IMG/VR virus record: IMGVR_UViG_3300033067_001593
Span: 1-39,289 of that record
Reading direction: 5' to 3' (one strand)
Source of the DNA: a virus
Lineage: Duplodnaviria > Caudoviricetes
Length of the DNA: 39,289 bases
This document shows positions 34,810-39,289 of this stretch, piece after piece. The notes under the pieces were generated by a model. It searched no databases. It worked only from the letters and a program-made list of their open reading frames with translations, and was not told the DNA's origin. The translations under genes and the position numbers were made by a program. Positions within the stretch are counted from its first letter, which is position 1. Each line of letters begins with the position of its first letter.

Positions 34810-34877
34810 AAAACGGAAGGGACGCGCGCTGCGGTTTCGCGCGCGTCCATGGGTCGCGCATGAGTGGAGGATTCAAA

Positions 34878-35120
34878 ATGAAAAAGGAAGACTATAAAAA
34901 AATCCGAGTTGGGGATCTTGTCGAGTTGGGCGGGATCTGGAAAGAACAGAGCCCCGCTTTTATAAGAGCCACAGACTCGGAGTGGTGGGTTATAAAAAAC
35001 CACTTCGACGCTGACAACTGCATCGTGCATGTGCGAGACATTGTTCGCGTGATCTCGCCGTGCCCGTTGAGTAAGAGCGGCCCGTTGGCTCGTTGGTTCA
35101 AAAAATTCTGCAAAAGATAA
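34878..35120 (+). CDS. Hypothetical protein
   Basis: GGAGG RBS before ATG 34878. Confidence 0.65.
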   Translation: MKKEDYKKIRVGDLVELGGIWKEQSPAFIRATDSEWWVIKNHFDADNCIVHVRDIVRVISPCPLSKSGPLARWFKKFCKR

Positions 35121-35132
35121 AAGGAGAAAACC

Positions 35133-35429
35133 ATGGACATCGAAGCATACAGAAGTTCGTTGAGACAGGCGGCAGTCCTCTCGCGGGTGCCGGAGCACGA
35201 CATTGACGGACTGGTCGAGTGGATCGTCGAGGCGCGGCCCACGGGAGACTTCTTGCGGGCGGTGTTGGAAAATGATCTCAAGGAGGCCTTCGGGCGTGCG
35301 GACTTGGAGAACACCGAGGCCATGGCCGAGATCATGCGCTTCCTCTACAACCACGCACCCGCTAACTGTTGGGGCAGCGTGGAGAATGTGAAGAACTGGC
35401 GCGGCGTGTTCCCGCGGGCCGAGCCGTGA
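35133..35429 (+). CDS. Hypothetical phage protein
   Basis: GDFLRAVLENDLKEAFGRAD...YNHAPANCWGS; AAGGAG RBS. Confidence 0.8.
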   Translation: MDIEAYRSSLRQAAVLSRVPEHDIDGLVEWIVEARPTGDFLRAVLENDLKEAFGRADLENTEAMAEIMRFLYNHAPANCWGSVENVKNWRGVFPRAEP

Positions 35430-35809
35430 AAGCCCTGATCGCCACGACCGAGGGGCAGGGCTTGAGGAAGTCGGACTTCTTCTGGGGGATGGAGGGCGAA
35501 CTGGTCATGCTGCCGATCACCGAGTGCGAGTTCGGGAAGGTGGACGACGACTGCGGGTGCAAGCGCGCCTTCTCCGGCATGAACACGGCGAAGGGAACGA
35601 CCACCGCGATGGTGGAGGAGGTCGCCGTCTCCCGGGTCTCGGCAGCCGAGCACGCCATGTGCGCCGTCATCGCGGCGCGCTACCAGCAAGACCCGGGCAA
35701 GTGGCTGGCAGAGTTCCGCGGAATGTTGAAGGGAGTGTCGGAGATCCCGGTCGGCACCATCATGGAACGCCGGGACAAAAAAATCAAAATCAGGAGAGGA
35801 GCGCACTGA
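35426..35809 (+). CDS. Cys-motif hypothetical protein
   Basis: GTGA overlap; QGLRKSDF..GELV..CGCKRAFSG..TTTA. Confidence 0.75.
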   Translation: MKALIATTEGQGLRKSDFFWGMEGELVMLPITECEFGKVDDDCGCKRAFSGMNTAKGTTTAMVEEVAVSRVSAAEHAMCAVIAARYQQDPGKWLAEFRGMLKGVSEIPVGTIMERRDKKIKIRRGAH

Positions 35810-36168
35810 TGAATGATCCGATGCTGATCTTGGAAACTGTGGCCGCTGTGAAGCACGCCGAACTTTGTTTCGGAAATGACCATGACCGGGAGTGCAGTTT
35901 ACTGACGGCAGTGATAAAAAAAATAAAACAGGAGGGCGTTCTGATGAAAAAGTATATAGTGGAATTGCAGATCAAGACCATCCCGCTGTGGCAGCGCGCC
36001 GTGTTCGTGTTGTGGCCGTTCCACTTCGAGGTGAAGGAGAAGGCGCGCAGCTGCGTGGTGGAGGTCATGGCCTTGAACGAGGACGAGGCCGTGGTGCTCG
36101 GGAAGAAGAAGTGGGAGAAGCGGAAAGAAAAAGGCCGCGTCAGCTACGCGATGGCCTATCAGGATTAA
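35809..36168 (+). CDS. Hypothetical protein (possible second start at 35944)
   Basis: TGATG coupling; internal GGAGG + ATG in the same frame. Confidence 0.6.
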   Translation: MNDPMLILETVAAVKHAELCFGNDHDRECSLLTAVIKKIKQEGVLMKKYIVELQIKTIPLWQRAVFVLWPFHFEVKEKARSCVVEVMALNEDEAVVLGKKKWEKRKEKGRVSYAMAYQD

Positions 36169-36178
36169 GGAGGACACC

Positions 36179-36544
36179 ATGGAACATGTAATCACGACGG
36201 AAATGAACTACAAGACGGATGAGCACGAAGCCCGGTGTAGCTGCGGGGAGAAAAAGAGTTTCAAGGTTCACCCCATCGCCGACTTCGAGGGCATCCTGCG
36301 GAAATGGCGCGACGAGCACATGGCCGCGGAGAAGAAGAACGCCACGCACCCCTTCGCCGGGACGCTGATCGCGCTCTGCCCGCTGCCTCCGGGGAAGGAG
36401 GAAAAGCGCATCCGCATCTTCGATGTGACGCTGATGGTGCAGGGCCTTCTCCTGCGCCAAGAGTTCAGCGAGGAGTTTTACGACAAGATCCTCGCAGAGA
36501 TCCAGAGCACCTATCAAAACATGAAGAAGGAGGAACCGCTGTGA
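36179..36544 (+). CDS. Hypothetical protein
   Basis: AAGGAGG RBS. Confidence 0.75.
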   Translation: MEHVITTEMNYKTDEHEARCSCGEKKSFKVHPIADFEGILRKWRDEHMAAEKKNATHPFAGTLIALCPLPPGKEEKRIRIFDVTLMVQGLLLRQEFSEEFYDKILAEIQSTYQNMKKEEPL

Positions 36545-37104
36545 ACATCAAAACGCTGGTCTGCCTGCGCTGCGGCCATGGGAGCGATCCAAAGAAGCCG
36601 TGGGTGCAGCGCAGCAGGGAAAAGCCGCGGGCCTGCTGGAAGTGCCACTCGCCGTATTGGGACAGGCCAAGGGAGGCGAACGCCATGAAGAAGACGCTGG
36701 CCGTGCTGCTGATCGGACTGATAATGGGAGGGAACGCCTACGCCGGGAAGCGGGTCGAATACCTGATCTCGTCGGCGTTCTTTGGTGCGGGGATCTACTC
36801 GATGCTGGAATCCCGGGGCCACGGGTCGGACGCGGAGGGGTTCAAGGCGCAGTATGATTTCTCGAAAACCACCGCGCAGCAGACGCCGGAAGCGCAGCTG
36901 ATCTATGCCAAGTATGAACACGAGCGGCACTTCGAGAACACGGATCGGGAGTATTCCGTCGGACTGTTCCTGATCGGCGCGATCATCTTCACGCACGCGC
37001 TGTTCGCCGATGAGGTTCCGAAACCGCGCCCGGTATCGTCGGGGTTCGAGGTTGCGCCCAAGCTGGCGGGCGGCGCGTCGGTCAAGTATCGGTGGGCGTT
37101 TTGA
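36541..37104 (+). CDS. Zn-ribbon peptide in frame with a signal-peptide membrane protein (second start at 36685)
   Basis: CLRCGH...CWKCHSPYW, then GGAGG-ATG MKKTLAVLLIG...; no intervening stop. Confidence 0.7.
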   Translation: MNIKTLVCLRCGHGSDPKKPWVQRSREKPRACWKCHSPYWDRPREANAMKKTLAVLLIGLIMGGNAYAGKRVEYLISSAFFGAGIYSMLESRGHGSDAEGFKAQYDFSKTTAQQTPEAQLIYAKYEHERHFENTDREYSVGLFLIGAIIFTHALFADEVPKPRPVSSGFEVAPKLAGGASVKYRWAF

Positions 37105-37244
37105 AGCTCGCCTGCATTATCGCTTCGGCGATCCTGTTGGCTGGGTGTGCGGCGAAGCACTGCTCAAGAATTGACAGCCATACATCTTTTTTTGTACTGG
37201 ATGGAAAATTGGTTCGTGTGACCGTTGAGGTTATGTCTCCGTGA
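37101..37244 (+). CDS. Small lipoprotein (47 aa)
   Basis: Translated by hand: MKLACIIASAILLAGC with canonical LAGC lipobox; TTG overlaps the upstream TGA. Confidence 0.6.
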   Translation: MKLACIIASAILLAGCAAKHCSRIDSHTSFFVLDGKLVRVTVEVMSP

Positions 37245-37257
37245 ACAACAGCCAGCG

Positions 37258-39289
37258 TTAGGCCTGTTCTGGGTCAAGGAGTTCCGGCTGGATGGTCTTG
37301 TCCTTTTCGCGGAGCCACACCTTGCCGCCAGAGTCTCCCACGCGCTTTTGGCTCTTGTCGAACCCAAGGTTCCGCAGCACCGCGGCGATCCGCATCTGGG
37401 TTCCCTTGTCCAGTTTGCCGATGTCAATCCGCAGGCACTCGGTCGCCACTTCTCGCACGCTGGTGTCGTCCTTCCCGTGCTCACGCAGCCAGATGTCCAC
37501 GACCGTCTCCCACTCATCGGCCTGCCGCCGCGCTTCCTGCTCCTTTTGGGTGACGGCGGCGGGCATGATATACCACGGCGTGCCCTTTTTGAACTCGGCC
37601 ACGGCTTCCGCGAAAAGCTGGTCGCGGTTGTCCGCGATCATTTCCAGCCAGATCGAGCCGATGGTGATGGGCCAGAACCGCCTGCCGCCAGTGTTGTCGC
37701 GGAGATAGGCCGACTCGTTGGTTGTCCCCACGAAGATGGACATGCGCGGATGGTCTTCGGCCACGCGGCCATAGGGGGCCCGGTAACGGTCGTTTTCGCA
37801 GGAGATCACGCGCTTGATGGTCAAGACCTCGGCGCGGTTGAAGCTGTCCAACTCGGCGATCTCAATCAGCATCTTGCCGTGCAGGTTGAGGAAGAAATCT
37901 TTGTTCATCACGGACTCGTGGGCCTCGGCATACCACTTCCCGCCGATCACGCGCAGGCAGCTGGACTTGAACTTGCCCTGCGCTCCTTCCAGCACGACCA
38001 TGTTGTCCAGTTTGCAGCCGGGGGAATATATCCGAGCGACCATGCCGACCCAGAAATTCTTGGAGGCCGCGGCGGTGTATTCGTTATCCTCCGCGCCGAG
38101 GCAGGCGGTGAAGAACGCGGCGATCCGCGGCGCGCCGTCCCACTTTAAGGTCTCCATCCAGTCCCGCGGCTCGTTCTTGGTCTGGCGGTTGGCCTTGATG
38201 ACCATCGCCTTGTGCACGGTGTCGTCCGACATCCGGCGCAGTCCGATGTGCCGCTGCATGTAGGTGGTGAGGTTGAGCGTGTCCTTGTCGCGCCACTCCC
38301 GGGGCTCGACCGAATCCCAGCGGGTGAAATACCGCTGGTGGAACTCGTCGAACCACACGAGGTCGGCCAGCTTGGGGTCTGCGTCCAAGACCCGGAGCGC
38401 GTTGTCCATGTTGGTGATCGGAACGCCGTCCGTGGTGAGGGCCAGCCCGAACTTGTCCCAGATCGTGAACATCGAGGTGGGCGCGTCTTTCGGATCTGGG
38501 GAGACCATCGGGCCCTCGGGCTGGATCTCCGCGACGCGATAGATGCTGACTCGGGGCTTGGCCCATGCGAGGAAGGACTCAACCGTCCACCCATCCTTCA
38601 AGGCGTCGGCGGCGTCCCAGCCGTCGGGCTGGCCGGAGACATCGAGCACCTTGACCTCCTCGCAGAGCGGGAGCAGGATCTCCCCAATCTCGGCCATGGC
38701 CTGCTGCCCGGGCTGCTTGTTGTAGGGGATCTCCTCGCCGATCTTGACCCCGGCCTCCTGCGCCTTCTTCTCATCCTTGGCGATGTGGCGGTCGCAGTCC
38801 GGCCAGAGCATGACCTTCCGGCCCTTCAAGATCGACCAGTCGGCCTTCTTGGTGCCCTTGGCCCCGTTGGGCCATGTGATGACGGCGTAGAACTTCCCGA
38901 GCAGTTGGCGCGCGGCGTCCGCGGCCTTCTCGCCCTCCACGATCAGAACGGCGGCGTTCGGACGGCTGGAAAGAAGGTCAAGACCGTAAAGCGGGCGCGG
39001 CTCGGGCCAGCCCTTCATCACCCAGCGGCCTTCCGTTGACCACGACCACGGCAGGAACTCCTTGCCGCCTTCGGTGTCGTAGCGGGCGATGAAGAACAGC
39101 GGGGCCCCCGTGCCGTCCTTGTATTCCCAGACCTGCGTGGGCTTGCCGTGGGCCGGGTGGTTCCAGTCCGCGGGCGGCTGGGCGTCTGGCGGTGGCTTTA
39201 TAACCTCTTTGGCGGGGGCGCGCTTGCGTTTCTCTTGGCGTTCGTCCCCTCCGAGGTGGTAGCCGATGGCCTTGGCGAGTTCGCGGGCC
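37258..39289 (-). CDS. Toprim primase / VirE (VapE)-like P-loop helicase, C-terminal part (full gene 254->1 + 39289->37258, 761 aa)
   Basis: VLIVEGEKAADA and WPDCD Toprim motifs; LEGAQGKFKSS, EIAELDS, GTTN, TGGRRFWP. The frame stays open from 39021 to 39289. Confidence 0.92.
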   Translation of the reverse strand, partial: ARELAKAIGYHLGGDERQEKRKRAPAKEVIKPPPDAQPPADWNHPAHGKPTQVWEYKDGTGAPLFFIARYDTEGGKEFLPWSWSTEGRWVMKGWPEPRPLYGLDLLSSRPNAAVLIVEGEKAADAARQLLGKFYAVITWPNGAKGTKKADWSILKGRKVMLWPDCDRHIAKDEKKAQEAGVKIGEEIPYNKQPGQQAMAEIGEILLPLCEEVKVLDVSGQPDGWDAADALKDGWTVESFLAWAKPRVSIYRVAEIQPEGPMVSPDPKDAPTSMFTIWDKFGLALTTDGVPITNMDNALRVLDADPKLADLVWFDEFHQRYFTRWDSVEPREWRDKDTLNLTTYMQRHIGLRRMSDDTVHKAMVIKANRQTKNEPRDWMETLKWDGAPRIAAFFTACLGAEDNEYTAAASKNFWVGMVARIYSPGCKLDNMVVLEGAQGKFKSSCLRVIGGKWYAEAHESVMNKDFFLNLHGKMLIEIAELDSFNRAEVLTIKRVISCENDRYRAPYGRVAEDHPRMSIFVGTTNESAYLRDNTGGRRFWPITIGSIWLEMIADNRDQLFAEAVAEFKKGTPWYIMPAAVTQKEQEARRQADEWETVVDIWLREHGKDDTSVREVATECLRIDIGKLDKGTQMRIAAVLRNLGFDKSQKRVGDSGGKVWLREKDKTIQPELLDPEQA

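Larger units (their letters stand above)
1..39289. mobile_element. Complete circular(ised) tailed phage genome, podovirus-like
   Basis: Terminase, portal, capsid, tail, lysis and replication genes are all present. The primase ORF joins in frame across the 1/39289 boundary. No long tape-measure gene is evident. Confidence 0.92.

Noticed and set aside
34820-34848. 10-bp GC hairpin as a terminator
   Set aside because: No U-tract on the + strand; at most a stability or processing hairpin.
37960-37990. Non-canonical Walker A (GAQGKFKSS) in the VirE domain
   Set aside because: GxQGxxKS variants are ordinary in this family, so this does not indicate inactivation.

Overview
The window appears to be a complete, circularly closed genome (39,289 bp, GC-rich) of a tailed, podovirus-like dsDNA phage. 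The primase gene runs off position 1 and continues in frame at position 39289. Four transcription blocks are visible. (i) Leftward replication operon: Cro-like HTH, SF2 helicase, VRR-NUC, Toprim/VirE primase. (ii) Rightward recombination/accessory operon: YqaJ exonuclease, RecT, Xis-like HTH, small membrane proteins and an acyl carrier protein. (iii) Long leftward morphogenesis and lysis operon: TerS, TerL, portal, scaffold, major capsid, adaptor, nozzle, ejection-type proteins, M15 endolysin, a Pal/OmpA lipoprotein and a holin. (iv) Rightward cluster of small early genes. I could not recognise an integrase, CI-like repressor, DNA polymerase, tRNA or CRISPR array. The most unusual theme is the cell envelope: two fibre-like proteins in the structural module carry Sec-type signal peptides, a Pal lipoprotein sits where spanins would be expected, the holin has two starts, and there is an intact ACP and a small lipoprotein. 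Non-coding signals include structured intergenic RNA candidates (one with a perfect 7-bp loop-loop match), three apparently leaderless genes, a shared promoter-upstream motif and an iteron-like repeat region. All product calls come from motif recognition and gene order, not from database searches.
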